From positions 23,547 to 72,462 of the forward strand of contig DAIOGO010000002.1 of NCBI GenBank assembly GCA_036745195.1: DNA of 48,916 nt, read 5' to 3'. The notes under the pieces were generated by a model. That model had not been told where the DNA came from and made no database searches. It worked only from the letters and a program-made list of their open reading frames with translations. Shown one piece after another: positions 17,546 to 26,210 of this stretch. The position numbers were made by a program, and so were the translations under genes. This DNA comes from Actinomycetota bacterium (GTDB taxonomy: Bacteria > Actinomycetota > Acidimicrobiia > Spongiisociales > ZC4RG35). Numbering within the stretch: position 1 is the first letter of the stretch; each line of letters opens with the position of its first letter.

Positions 17546-17621
17546 CTATCACCTGGTTTCTGTTGGATTCTCGCCAATTCTCCTCAGAATCGGCGGATTT
17601 CCGCTCCGCTGGAGGTGATAG
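17546..17621 (-). promoter_or_regulatory. candidate structured 5' leader sequestering the sORF Shine-Dalgarno (closing stem plus two internal hairpins)
   Basis: Perfect 9-bp inverted repeat: plus-strand ctatcacct 17546-17554 and aggtgatag 17613-17621. It encloses GATTCT(17566-71)/AGAATC(17586-91) and GCGG(17593-96)/CCGC(17601-04). On the minus-strand RNA the 5' arm reads CUAUCACCUCC and the 3' arm AGGUGAUAG contains the SD. Confidence 0.35.
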
Positions 17622-17862
17622 CTGACCGCCTGCCGGGCTCTCTCTCCTTCTTCCCAGAGTGGCTCTGGGAAACCTCGTCCATCCTCGGTTCCAGGTCGAC
17701 ACGAGGCCCCTGCTCACTCCGCCCCCCGGAACGGGCAGAACATCTGGGAGACGCCTGACCCGCCCGAGAGCTGAACTCTTCGGCCGACATCGCGGAATCT
17801 AGCCTTGTTGGACGCTCACCACAAGCGCGTGATCCGCGACGGAGGGTGGCTAGCCTGGCGCG

Positions 17863-18480
17863 ATGAAGCCGACTGCCCTCGAAGACAGCCTCCGCCGAAT
17901 CCCCGGTGTCGAGGCGGTGCGGGTCGTCATCCGGGGTCAGGATCTCGCCGAGATCCATGTGCTCGCCCATCCCGGCAAACCCGCCAAACAGGTCGTCCGC
18001 GACGTGCAATCCGTCGCCCTGGCCGGCCATGGCGTCGAGATCGACCGGCGGATCGTATCCGTCGTCCAGATCGAAGGATCCGAATTGGGGGCCGGTGACC
18101 GGCCGATGATCCTCGATGTGGCCGAGGAGGTCGACGGATCACACATGAAGATCACCGTCAGCCTGGAGTGGCACGAGGCCCGATTGACTGGAACCGCCAC
18201 CGGCCCTGCCGCCTCGTCGACTCGCCTCCGACTGGTGGCGGAGGCCACCATCGCCGCCCTGGAACAGGCGATCAGTCACGATGCGGCCTTCGCCGTGAAC
18301 GCGGTCGACACCCCGATGGTCGGGCCAAACCAGGTGGCCGTCGCCCAGGTGGTGCTGGTGGTCGACCAGAAAGAGCGGATGCTGGTCGGCTCCTCACTGA
18401 TCGACGGCGACCCGTCCCGATCGATGGTGCGGGCCGTCCTCGACGCGGTCAACCGGCAGGTACCCGCCCTCCGCCGGTGA
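17863..18480 (+). CDS. hypothetical two-domain cytoplasmic protein (no confident family assignment)
   Basis: 205 aa with good GC3 and no TM segment. Its stop overlaps the GTG start of ggt (GTGA at 18477-18480). Confidence 0.6.
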   Translation: MKPTALEDSLRRIPGVEAVRVVIRGQDLAEIHVLAHPGKPAKQVVRDVQSVALAGHGVEIDRRIVSVVQIEGSELGAGDRPMILDVAEEVDGSHMKITVSLEWHEARLTGTATGPAASSTRLRLVAEATIAALEQAISHDAAFAVNAVDTPMVGPNQVAVAQVVLVVDQKERMLVGSSLIDGDPSRSMVRAVLDAVNRQVPALRR

Positions 18481-20024
18481 CCGATCGCCCCGGGATCGTC
18501 GTCTCACCTCATCACCTGGCCTCCGACGCCGGCGTGGACGCCCTTCGCCAGGGTGGCAATGCAGTGGATGCGGCCATCGCCGCCAACGCCGTGCTGGGAG
18601 TGGTGGCGCCGGAAACCTGCGGGATCGGCGGCGATCTCTTTGCTCTCGTCTGGGACGGGTCAGAGGTGACGTGCCTCGATGCCTCCGGCTGGGCGGGGTC
18701 GGGGTCCGACGCCGCCGCCTTACGACAGGCCGGCCACACCACGATCCCGCCGTTCCATCCGGTGACCGTCACGGTTCCCGGTTGTGTCGCCGGCTGGCAG
18801 GCACTGGTCGTCCGCCATGGCCGTGTGCCGCTGGGGCGTCTGCTCGAACCCGCCCTCGAGTTTGCAGCCCACGGCTTCCCCGCCTCCCAGGAACTGAGCG
18901 AGGCGGTGAGGGCCCGGGAATCGATCCTGGCCGGCCAGCCGGCTGGACAGGAACTGCTCGCCGACGGCGTGCCGCCCGGGCCGGGAGCGATGCTTGTTCG
19001 CCCTTCGCTGGCCGCCACCCTGACGGCGATCGCCCAGGAAGGTCCGCCGGCGTTTTATGAAGGAGAGCCCGCTCGGGCGATCACGCGGGCGGTCGGCGGG
19101 CTGCTCTCGCCTGGTGACCTCGCCGGGTACCACCCGGAATGGGTCGAACCGCTGTCTTTGGAGGTGTTTGGGAGAACGGCCTGGACGATTCCACCTGCCA
19201 GCCAGGGTTACCTGACCGTGATGGCCGCCGCCCTGTTCGAGCGTCTCGACGCCCCCGCCGACCCCGAAGACCCGACCTACACCCATCTCCAGATCGAGGC
19301 GTACCGGGCCGCCGCCGCCGGTCGCGACGACCTGCTGGCGGACCGGCGGTGGGTTCCCGACGCGTTCTGGAGCCAACTCCACCCGGCCGCCCTCGCCCGG
19401 ATGGCGGGCACCATCGATCGGACCAGAGCCGGGCGATATCCCGCCCCGTCCCCCCGCCCGGGAGGGACCGCCTTTCTGTGTGCCCTCGACGGGGCGGGGA
19501 TGGGTGTGAGCCTGATCCAATCGAACTTCATGGGCCTGGGGGCGGGAATCGGGGCGGCCGGGTTCTTCCTCCACAACCGCGGAGCGGGATTCGATCTGCG
19601 CCCGGGGCACCCGAACGAACTGGCTCCGGGCAAACGCCCCCTCCATACCTTGTCTCCCACCCTGTGGACGAAAGACGGTGCCCTCGATCTGTTGCTGGGG
19701 ACGCGGGGTGGCCACCAGCAGCCACAGATCATCCTGCAGATGGCGACGGCACTCTTCCATGCCGGTTTGGACCCGGCGGAGGCGATGATGCGACCTCGCT
19801 GGACGACGGACCACTGGCAGGCCGGCACTTCGTCCCGGATCCTGGTCGAGTCGAGGTGGAGCGCCTCTCACCAAGCGGCGCTGGTCGGTGGCGGTCATGC
19901 GGTCGCCAACGGCGGGGCCTGGGAACGGGGATGGGGCCCGGTGTCGATCATATCCCGGCAAAGGCTCCCGATCGGGGTGGCCGACCCCCGGGTAGCCACC
20001 GCCTCGGCCGCCACCGAGACCTGA
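18477..20024 (+). CDS. ggt: gamma-glutamyltransferase family protein
   Basis: In-frame GTG at 18477 within track ORF 18168..20024; the upstream 103 codons are Arg/Gly/Pro junk overlapping the previous gene. GGT pattern: VVSPHHLASDAGVDALRQGGNAVDAAIAANAVLGVVAPETCGIGGDLFALVW; the autoprocessing region GGTAFLCALD; RPLHTLSPTL. Confidence 0.85.
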   Translation: MTDRPGIVVSPHHLASDAGVDALRQGGNAVDAAIAANAVLGVVAPETCGIGGDLFALVWDGSEVTCLDASGWAGSGSDAAALRQAGHTTIPPFHPVTVTVPGCVAGWQALVVRHGRVPLGRLLEPALEFAAHGFPASQELSEAVRARESILAGQPAGQELLADGVPPGPGAMLVRPSLAATLTAIAQEGPPAFYEGEPARAITRAVGGLLSPGDLAGYHPEWVEPLSLEVFGRTAWTIPPASQGYLTVMAAALFERLDAPADPEDPTYTHLQIEAYRAAAAGRDDLLADRRWVPDAFWSQLHPAALARMAGTIDRTRAGRYPAPSPRPGGTAFLCALDGAGMGVSLIQSNFMGLGAGIGAAGFFLHNRGAGFDLRPGHPNELAPGKRPLHTLSPTLWTKDGALDLLLGTRGGHQQPQIILQMATALFHAGLDPAEAMMRPRWTTDHWQAGTSSRILVESRWSASHQAALVGGGHAVANGGAWERGWGPVSIISRQRLPIGVADPRVATASAATET

Positions 20025-20025
20025 G

Positions 20026-21042
20026 TCAGGACCGAACGGCCGAGACGAGGATGCTCATCTCCTCCGGGCCGAAGCCGGCGTCCTCCCCCAGGTTGTAGAA
20101 GGAGAGTCGCTCGACACGGCCGGCGTAGCGGGCCCGCACCGCCGCCCCGATCCGATCGGGTTCGGCCACGATGGCGACCTCGTCGACCACCTCATCGGGG
20201 ATCACCTCTCCGATATCGGCCCACCGGCCCCGTTTCGTCAGCGCCGTGAGCTCGGGGCCGAAACCCCAACCGTGGAGGTCGAGCACCGGCCGGTAGCTGG
20301 GGGTGGAGGCGTAGAAGCCGATCTGCGACTTCACCCGGGAACGGACCGACGCCATCTCGTCCTCGTCGCGCCCGGTCACGATGAAGACACTCACGTACCG
20401 GGCGACCTCGTCGGGTTGGCGACCGGCGGCGGTTGCTCCCACCGCGATGTTCTCCTGGATGACTTCATCGAGATACCGGACCGTGTGGAACGGATGGATG
20501 TGAAAGCCATCACACAACTCCCCCGCCAACCGGCTCAAGGCCGGCCCGACCCCGGCGATCGCCACCGGGATGGAGCCGTAGGCGGACGGACCGGGGGAGA
20601 AGAAAGGGGTCAGCAACGAGAACCGATAGTGCTCGCCATCGAAGCGGAGCGGAGCATCACCGTCGAAGGCCGACCAGATCGCCCGGAGGGCCTGGATGTA
20701 CTCCCGCAAACGCGGCACCGGAGCACTCCATGCGGTCGAGAACCTTCGCACGATGTGCGGTTTGATCTGGGTACCGAGACCGAGGATGAATCGACCGCCG
20801 GTGGCATCGGCCAGGTCACGGGCGGTCTGGGCGACGACCATCGGTGAACGCGGAAAGGCGACCGCAATCCCGGTTCCCAGGGTGAGACCGGGAGTGGCGG
20901 TGGCCGCCACCGCCAGTGGCAGGAACGGGTCATGGCTCGTCTCGGCAGTGAAGAACCCATCGAAGCCGGCGGCGGCGGCGGCCCGGGCGGCACCGGCGGC
21001 ATCGACCAGCGGGCCGGGGGCAAAGATGCGATCGACGAACAT
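20026..21042 (-). CDS. LLM-class (luciferase-like) F420-dependent oxidoreductase
   Basis: 338 aa; the TIM-barrel LLM pattern (GFDGFFTAETSHDPFLPLA, GTGIAVAFPRSP, RFILGLGTQ) is typical of actinobacterial F420-dependent LLM proteins. Confidence 0.75.
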   Translation of the reverse strand: MFVDRIFAPGPLVDAAGAARAAAAAGFDGFFTAETSHDPFLPLAVAATATPGLTLGTGIAVAFPRSPMVVAQTARDLADATGGRFILGLGTQIKPHIVRRFSTAWSAPVPRLREYIQALRAIWSAFDGDAPLRFDGEHYRFSLLTPFFSPGPSAYGSIPVAIAGVGPALSRLAGELCDGFHIHPFHTVRYLDEVIQENIAVGATAAGRQPDEVARYVSVFIVTGRDEDEMASVRSRVKSQIGFYASTPSYRPVLDLHGWGFGPELTALTKRGRWADIGEVIPDEVVDEVAIVAEPDRIGAAVRARYAGRVERLSFYNLGEDAGFGPEEMSILVSAVRS

Positions 21043-21104
21043 GCCGGGACGATACCCCAGCCCTGCTGCCCCGACCTGGCGGCTACCTCGACCGGATCGC
21101 TACG

Positions 21105-21434
21105 ATGGCCGGCATGAAGAAGGTGGCGAAATTCCTGGGAGTGGTTGGCGGGGTGGCAGCAGTGCTGTGGGCCATGCGCGATCGGCTCGTCTCCATCGCC
21201 GCACCCAAAGAGCCGGAACCACCCCGTTTCCGGGTGGCGGAGCCGGCTCCTCCCGCCGATGATCTCACCGAGCTCTCGGGAATCGGACCGGTGTTCGCTA
21301 CTCGCTTGGCCCAGGCGGGGATCGCCACGTTCGCGGCGCTGGCGGATGCGGCTCCAGGGCGGGTGGCAGAGGCGACCGGGGTGCCGGAGGCCAGAGCGAA
21401 CGATTGGATCGAACAGGCCGCGGCCCGGGTCTGA
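21105..21434 (+). CDS. small membrane-anchored helix-hairpin-helix domain protein
   Basis: 109 aa: N-terminal TM segment (FLGVVGGVAAVLWAM), then LTELSGIGPVFATRLAQAGIATFAALA, which is HhH-like (DUF4332/HHH_5-like). Confidence 0.55.
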   Translation: MAGMKKVAKFLGVVGGVAAVLWAMRDRLVSIAAPKEPEPPRFRVAEPAPPADDLTELSGIGPVFATRLAQAGIATFAALADAAPGRVAEATGVPEARANDWIEQAAARV

Positions 21435-21442
21435 GCGGGGTG

Positions 21443-22504
21443 ATGTACCTCACCCCACCCGACGAACTGACGACGTTGCTCGGGGAAGATCAACCCCGGT
21501 TTCGGGCCGAGCAACTCCGCCAATGGCTCTATCGCCACCCGGTCTTGTCGGTCGACTCGATGACCAACCTCCCACTCGCCTTTCGAACCGAGCACCGCGA
21601 CTCGCTCTGGCCCTTTCGACTGGAGGCGGAGCAGGTCTCCGACTCGGGGACGACCCGCAAGTGGCTGTTCCGTACCCCCGATGGCAAGGCAATCGAATCG
21701 GTCCTCATGGGTTATCCACGACGGGCCACCCTCTGTCTCTCGAGCCAGGCGGGGTGCGCCCTAGCCTGCACCTTCTGCGCCACCGGTCAGTTCGGTTTCG
21801 AACGTCACCTCGACGCCGGCGAGATCGTCGCCCAGGTCGCATTCGCCAAGGCATTCCTCTCCGAAGTCGGGATGCCGGGCGTGCCGGATCATCTCACCAA
21901 CGTCGTGTTCATGGGGATGGGGGAGCCTCTGGCCAACTACCGGCGGGTCCGCGAGGCTATCCGATTGATGATCGAGGAAATGGGTATCTCGGCTCGCTCG
22001 TTGACCGTGTCCACCGTCGGGGTGGTGCCCGGTATTCGGCGCCTGGCCGAGGAGCCATGGCCGGTCAACCTCGCCATCAGCCTCCACGCCGCCGACGACA
22101 CGACCCGTTCCTCCATGCTCCCCATCAACGACCGTTACCCGATCGCCGACCTCGTCTCGGCCGCCTCCTACTACTTCGAGAGGAAGCACAGACGGGTGTC
22201 ACTCGAATGGACCATGATCGAAGGGGTCAACGACACCGACGACCAGGCGTCCAAGCTGGCGTCGATCGCCCTGCAACTCCGGGCTCACGTCAACCTCATC
22301 CCGATGAACCCGACTCCCCTCTCGGCCGACCGCCCGTCGAGCGAGTCCACCATCGAGCGGTTCGCTGCATCGCTGCGGGCGGCCAGGGTCAACGTAACCA
22401 TCCGGGACACGAGGGGCCGGGACATCGACGCCGCCTGCGGTCAGTTGCGTTTGCGCGTCGAGGGCGGCAGCACAGATCTTTCAATCTCGGGAAGCCGACG
22501 GTAG
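21443..22504 (+). CDS. rlmN: 23S rRNA/tRNA (adenine-C2)-methyltransferase, radical SAM
   Basis: [11 protein letters not shown], the radical-SAM cluster motif [20 protein letters not shown], and [16 protein letters not shown] are the RlmN/Cfr family signature. ATG at 21443 within track ORF 21404..22504. Confidence 0.9.
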   Translation: MYLTPPDELTTLLGEDQPRFRAEQLRQWLYRHPVLSVDSMTNLPLAFRTEHRDSLWPFRLEAEQVSDSGTTRKWLFRTPDGKAIESVLMGYPRRATLCLSSQAGCALACTFCATGQFGFERHLDAGEIVAQVAFAKAFLSEVGMPGVPDHLTNVVFMGMGEPLANYRRVREAIRLMIEEMGISARSLTVSTVGVVPGIRRLAEEPWPVNLAISLHAADDTTRSSMLPINDRYPIADLVSAASYYFERKHRRVSLEWTMIEGVNDTDDQASKLASIALQLRAHVNLIPMNPTPLSADRPSSESTIERFAASLRAARVNVTIRDTRGRDIDAACGQLRLRVEGGSTDLSISGSRR

Positions 22505-22550
22505 GCTGCCTGGAACGGTCGGTGTCAGGGGCACTCCATGGGGGTGTCAC

Positions 22551-23876
22551 ATGCCGAGACAACTCAACGAGACCGATCCGGTGCGCCTGTCCGGATCGCT
22601 CGACGGATCTGCGAGCGGGTTCCCGCAAGTTCTGTTTGCTTCCTGGTCACGAATCCGGACGCGATCTTTCAACTTTCTTCGCCGCGAGGCTGCTGCCTGG
22701 CGCGCCTCCTGGCGCCGAACTGTCGGTCGCCGTCGACGCTCCGACCTCAGTTCGACCCTGATGATCGGCCTGGTGGTCATGGTCTCCCTCGCCTCCGCCG
22801 AATACACCGTCAAGAGCGGTGACACGCTCGGGCGCATCGCGGCCAACCACAACACCACGGTGGCCGCTCTGGTCGGCGCCAACGGAATCTCGAACCCGAA
22901 CCTGATCCGGGTCGGTCAGAAACTGGTCATTCCGGGCGCGGATCCCGCCATACCGGTCCCCCCGGTCATCGCCGCCTCCAGCACCTATCAGGTCGTCTCG
23001 GGCGACACACTCGCCAAGATCGCTGCCCGCCACCAGACGACTGTCGCCGCGCTGGTTGCTGCCAACGGTCTCGCCAATCCGAACCTCCTCAAGATCGGTC
23101 AGTCTCTCCTGCTGCCGGTCGCCCAATCCGGGGCGCCCCCGGCACCGATCGCGGCTCCTCCTCCGGGGCCGGTCGCAACCCATCTGGTCCAGGCGGGCGA
23201 CACCCTGGCTTCGATAGCCGCCAAATACGGCACAACGGTCGAGTCGGTCAAGGCATCGAATGGATTGACCAGCTCGATCATCTACTTGGGAACGTCGCTC
23301 ACCATCGGGGCTCCGGCTCCGCCGGCGGTCACCTCCGTGTCGCAGCCTGCTTCCTACACAGTGGCGCTCGGGGACACGCTGGGAAGCATCGCGGCCCGCC
23401 TCGGTGTCAGCGCCTCGTCGCTCGCCACCGGCAATGCCATCACCAACCCCAACCTGATCGTTGCCGGTCAAATCCTGACCGTCCCCGGAGTCACCAGCTG
23501 GCGTTGCCCGGTGACAGGTGGCAGATACTTCAATGACTGGGGCTTCCCGCGCTCAGGCGGGCGATTCCACCAGGGCAACGACATCTTCGCCCCCCGGGGA
23601 ACACCGATCCTCGCTCCGGTCGGCGGAACCGTGGAATTCAAGACGGGCACCATCGGTGGCCTCCAGTTCTGGCTCGTCGGAGACGACGGCGTGCGGTACA
23701 TCGGCACCCATCTCGAGGGGTTCGGAATCGCCGGCAAGGTATCGGCGGGAGACGTGATCGGTTATGTCGGCGACTCCGGCAACGCCGTCGGGTCGCTTCC
23801 CCATCTCCACTTCGAGATGGCAAAGGACGGCCAGACGTTCAACCCCTTCCCCACCCTGCAGGCCAACGGCTGCTGA
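22551..23876 (+). CDS. LysM-repeat (x4) M23 family metallopeptidase (cell-wall hydrolase)
   Basis: Four LysM modules ([13 protein letters not shown]..., [13 protein letters not shown]..., [13 protein letters not shown]..., [13 protein letters not shown]...) and a C-terminal M23 domain ([35 protein letters not shown]). The start is uncertain: ATG 22551 has a GGGGGTG RBS-like element, but codons 1-70 have poor GC3. ATG 22761 is the alternative. Confidence 0.8.
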   Translation: MPRQLNETDPVRLSGSLDGSASGFPQVLFASWSRIRTRSFNFLRREAAAWRASWRRTVGRRRRSDLSSTLMIGLVVMVSLASAEYTVKSGDTLGRIAANHNTTVAALVGANGISNPNLIRVGQKLVIPGADPAIPVPPVIAASSTYQVVSGDTLAKIAARHQTTVAALVAANGLANPNLLKIGQSLLLPVAQSGAPPAPIAAPPPGPVATHLVQAGDTLASIAAKYGTTVESVKASNGLTSSIIYLGTSLTIGAPAPPAVTSVSQPASYTVALGDTLGSIAARLGVSASSLATGNAITNPNLIVAGQILTVPGVTSWRCPVTGGRYFNDWGFPRSGGRFHQGNDIFAPRGTPILAPVGGTVEFKTGTIGGLQFWLVGDDGVRYIGTHLEGFGIAGKVSAGDVIGYVGDSGNAVGSLPHLHFEMAKDGQTFNPFPTLQANGC

Positions 23877-23877
23877 T

Positions 23878-24192
23878 TGCGTCATGCGGAATGCGTCATG
23901 CGGAATGCGTCATGCGCCATGCGTCATGCGTCATGCGTCATGCGTCATGCGTCATGCGCCATGCGCCAAGAGTCAGGCGTCAGGCGGCTGTCGGGCATCG
24001 GCTGTCGGGCATCGGCTGTCGGAACGTGCCGGAGGCCCCGGGCAACCTATGACACCTGCAGGGGGATGACCCCCGGCACCCCCCAACAACGCGCCCGAGC
24101 TGCCCGGCAACCCCAGCCGATGGCTGATTGGCTTATGGCTGATTGGCTGATGGCTGATGGCCGATAGCCGATAGCCGATGGCTGATCGCCGA
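23878..24192. repeat. composite heptanucleotide-array locus B
   Basis: 15 in-phase heptamers 23878-23982 (TGCGTCA x9 with TGCGGAA/TGCGCCA variants). 14-mer GGCTGTCGGGCATC x2.5 at 23986-24022. About 90 nt of unique spacer with hairpin GGGGG-atga-CCCCC. An 11-unit TGGCTGA/TAGCCGA array at 24115-24192. The locus starts 2 nt after the M23 gene stop. Confidence 0.9.
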
Positions 24193-24298
24193 ATCACATG
24201 GCCGGGGACCGGACCGATCCTGCGGGATACACCTTGCAACGTGCCATGATCGTGACTTGCACCGGCTCTGGTGCGAGATCATCGACGCGAGGAGCATC

Positions 24299-25294
24299 AT
24301 GGGCGCACCAATCGTTCGGGTTGAAGGCGTCAGCAAGACATTCAAGGGGACCATCAAGGCGCTGAGCGAAGTCTCGCTCGAGTTCGAGCCGGGAATCGTC
24401 TACGGATTGCTCGGCCCCAACGGAGCGGGCAAGACGACCCTGATCCGGGTTCTGACAACCCTTCTCACGCCCGACACCGGGAAGGCCACCGTGGCCGGTG
24501 TGGACGTCGTCGCCGATCCGGTGACCGCTCGCACCAAGATCGGGCTGGCCGGTCAGTTTGCGGCGGTGGACGCCTACCTGACCGGGCGCGAGAACATCGA
24601 GATGGTGGCGCGCCTATACAACCTCCCGCGGGCCGAGGCTCGCCGGCGGACCGACGAACTGCTGGAGCGCATCCACCTCACCGACGCCGCCGATCGGCAG
24701 GTGCGGACGTATTCGGGCGGTATGCGGCGTCGCCTCGACGTGGCCGCCTCGATGGTCGGTCGACCGGAGGTCCTCTTCCTCGACGAGCCCACGACCGGGA
24801 TCGACCCGCGCAGCCGGGTGGATCTGTGGGATCTGATCGAGGAGTTGGTGGCAGAAGGGACGACGATCTTGCTCACCACCCAGTATCTGGAGGAGGCCGA
24901 CCACCTGGCCGACCAGATCGCCGTGATCGATCACGGCCGGCTCGTGACTCAAGGCACCGCCGACGAGCTCAAGGACAAGCTGGGAGGGGCGGTGGTGGCG
25001 CTCAAGGTCGGCGATCACGAACGTGAACAGATACGCCGACTCCTCGGCACCCTCAGCGACGCCGTGATCTTCGACGAGACAAGGGACGAGCTCACCATTC
25101 CCGCCGCCGAGGGGTCGTCGACCCTGACCGCAGTGGTGCGCCTGCTGGACTCCGCTGCGATCGTCCCCCACGACATCGCCCTTCGCAAACCCACCCTCGA
25201 CGAGGTGTTCATGGCTCTGACCGGACACCCCGCAGAAGAGGATGTCCCCAACCAGATGGCCGCCGGTGGGGCCCGATCCAGGAGGCGTTCATGA
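24299..25294 (+). CDS. ABC transporter ATP-binding protein (DrrA/ABC-2 exporter type)
   Basis: Walker A GPNGAGKTT, signature YSGGMRRRL, Walker B LFLDEPTTGID. ATG 24299 is preceded by GAGGAG; the track start at 24257 is a TTG inside the spacer. Confidence 0.85.
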   Translation: MGAPIVRVEGVSKTFKGTIKALSEVSLEFEPGIVYGLLGPNGAGKTTLIRVLTTLLTPDTGKATVAGVDVVADPVTARTKIGLAGQFAAVDAYLTGRENIEMVARLYNLPRAEARRRTDELLERIHLTDAADRQVRTYSGGMRRRLDVAASMVGRPEVLFLDEPTTGIDPRSRVDLWDLIEELVAEGTTILLTTQYLEEADHLADQIAVIDHGRLVTQGTADELKDKLGGAVVALKVGDHEREQIRRLLGTLSDAVIFDETRDELTIPAAEGSSTLTAVVRLLDSAAIVPHDIALRKPTLDEVFMALTGHPAEEDVPNQMAAGGARSRRRS

Positions 25295-26172
25295 CCACGA
25301 TGGCCACTCACACCCGGATCCCGTTCGGTCGGGCCGTCAAGGACACGCTGGTGGTGGTGCGTCGCAACATGGCCAAGAACATCCGCCTCCCGCAACTCCT
25401 GGTGTTCGCCACCATCCAACCGGTGATGTTCCTGTTGTTGTTCAACTATGTCTTCGGTGGGTCGATCGGTCTCGCCCTCCCCCCGGCCGCCGACGGGAAG
25501 TACATCAACTGGCTGCTCCCGGGGTTGCTCATCCAGGTGGCTACCTTCGGGGCGTCACAGACCGCCATCGGATTGACCGACGACCTCAAGAATGGCGTCA
25601 TCGATCGGTTCCGATCGCTGCCGATGGCCCGTTCGGCGGTGCTGGCCGGCCGCACGATCGCCGACCTCGTCAGAAACACATTCGTGATCGGATTGATGTT
25701 GACCGTGGGAGCCATCGTCGGCTTCCGGCCGGGAACCAGCTGGCTGGGACTACTGGCCGGGTTCGGGCTGGCACTCCTGTTCGCCTTTGCGTTCTCGTGG
25801 GCGATGGCGGCGATGGGGCTCCTCGTGAAGGACCCGGAGACGGCCCAGATCGCCGGGTTTCTCCCTCTCTTCCCGCTCGTCTTCGCGTCGTCGGTGTTCA
25901 CCCCCACCGACACGATGCCGGATTGGCTGCGGGCTTTTGCCGACAACCAGCCGATCACGGTGGTCGCCAATGCCGTCCGGGGACTGACCCTCGGAAGGGA
26001 GGCACTGGCCGACGTCAGCTACGGGCTGGGAGGAGCAACCGTCACGCCCGAGGCATTGGCAGCCGCACCGAGTGTGGGAGGTCAGGTAGTCCTGGCGTTG
26101 ATCTGGATCGCCGGGATCATCCTGGTGTTCGGCCCCCTGTCGGTGCGGATGTACCGCAAGACGGCCGACTGA
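25291..26172 (+). CDS. ABC-2 type transporter permease (DrrB-like)
   Basis: 293 aa, 6 TM helices, ABC2_membrane-like N-terminus (VVVRRNMAKNIRLPQLLVFATIQPVMFLLLFNYVFG). ATGA overlap with the ATPase gene. Confidence 0.8.
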   Translation: MTTMATHTRIPFGRAVKDTLVVVRRNMAKNIRLPQLLVFATIQPVMFLLLFNYVFGGSIGLALPPAADGKYINWLLPGLLIQVATFGASQTAIGLTDDLKNGVIDRFRSLPMARSAVLAGRTIADLVRNTFVIGLMLTVGAIVGFRPGTSWLGLLAGFGLALLFAFAFSWAMAAMGLLVKDPETAQIAGFLPLFPLVFASSVFTPTDTMPDWLRAFADNQPITVVANAVRGLTLGREALADVSYGLGGATVTPEALAAAPSVGGQVVLALIWIAGIILVFGPLSVRMYRKTAD

Positions 26173-26187
26173 AACACATCCCGACGA

Positions 26188-26210
26188 GACCGTCCCGCCG
26201 GGGAACGGTC
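26188..26210. terminator. candidate GC-rich hairpin between convergent operons (no U-tract)
   Basis: GACCGTCCC-gccg-GGGAACGGTC forms a 9-bp stem with one bulge, 16 nt after the permease stop. It overlaps the 3' end of the candidate sORF on the other strand by 2 nt. Confidence 0.3.

Noticed and set aside
17513-17758. 81-aa plus-strand ORF (MMNLAILVFIRLSPGF...) and 148-aa minus-strand ORF 17584..18030 in the long spacer
   Set aside because: The plus-strand ORF has many A/T-ending codons, unlike the genes around it, and no RBS. The minus-strand ORF overlaps the 17863 gene antisense and is Arg/Gly-rich. Neither shows motifs. The short minus-strand sORF with an SD is the better candidate.
18720-19961. 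413-aa antisense ORF opposite ggt, and the 103-codon N-terminal extension of the ggt ORF (18168-18476)
   Set aside because: Low-complexity Arg/Pro/Gly translations. The extension overlaps the well-formed upstream gene, and an in-frame GTG coincides with that gene's stop.
22505-22760. Confident call of a ydaO/c-di-AMP riboswitch upstream of the LysM-M23 gene
   Set aside because: I found only loose resemblances (GGGGGTG, CCGAGACAACTCAAC) to the consensus I remember. I could not trace the pseudo-two-fold helices by eye. It is kept only as a testable hypothesis.
23764-24167. ORFs translating to MRHASCVMRHASCAMR... across the heptamer arrays (also 31134..31552, 4960..5261, 48713..48898)
   Set aside because: The periodic 7-aa peptides are an automatic consequence of 7-nt repeats read in all frames. 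There are no RBSs, and both strands give equivalent 'proteins'.
23878-24192. CRISPR array interpretation of the repeat loci
   Set aside because: The units are 7-14 nt and directly abutting, without unique spacers, and there are no cas genes in the window. CRISPR repeats are much longer (tens of nt) and are separated by spacers of similar size.
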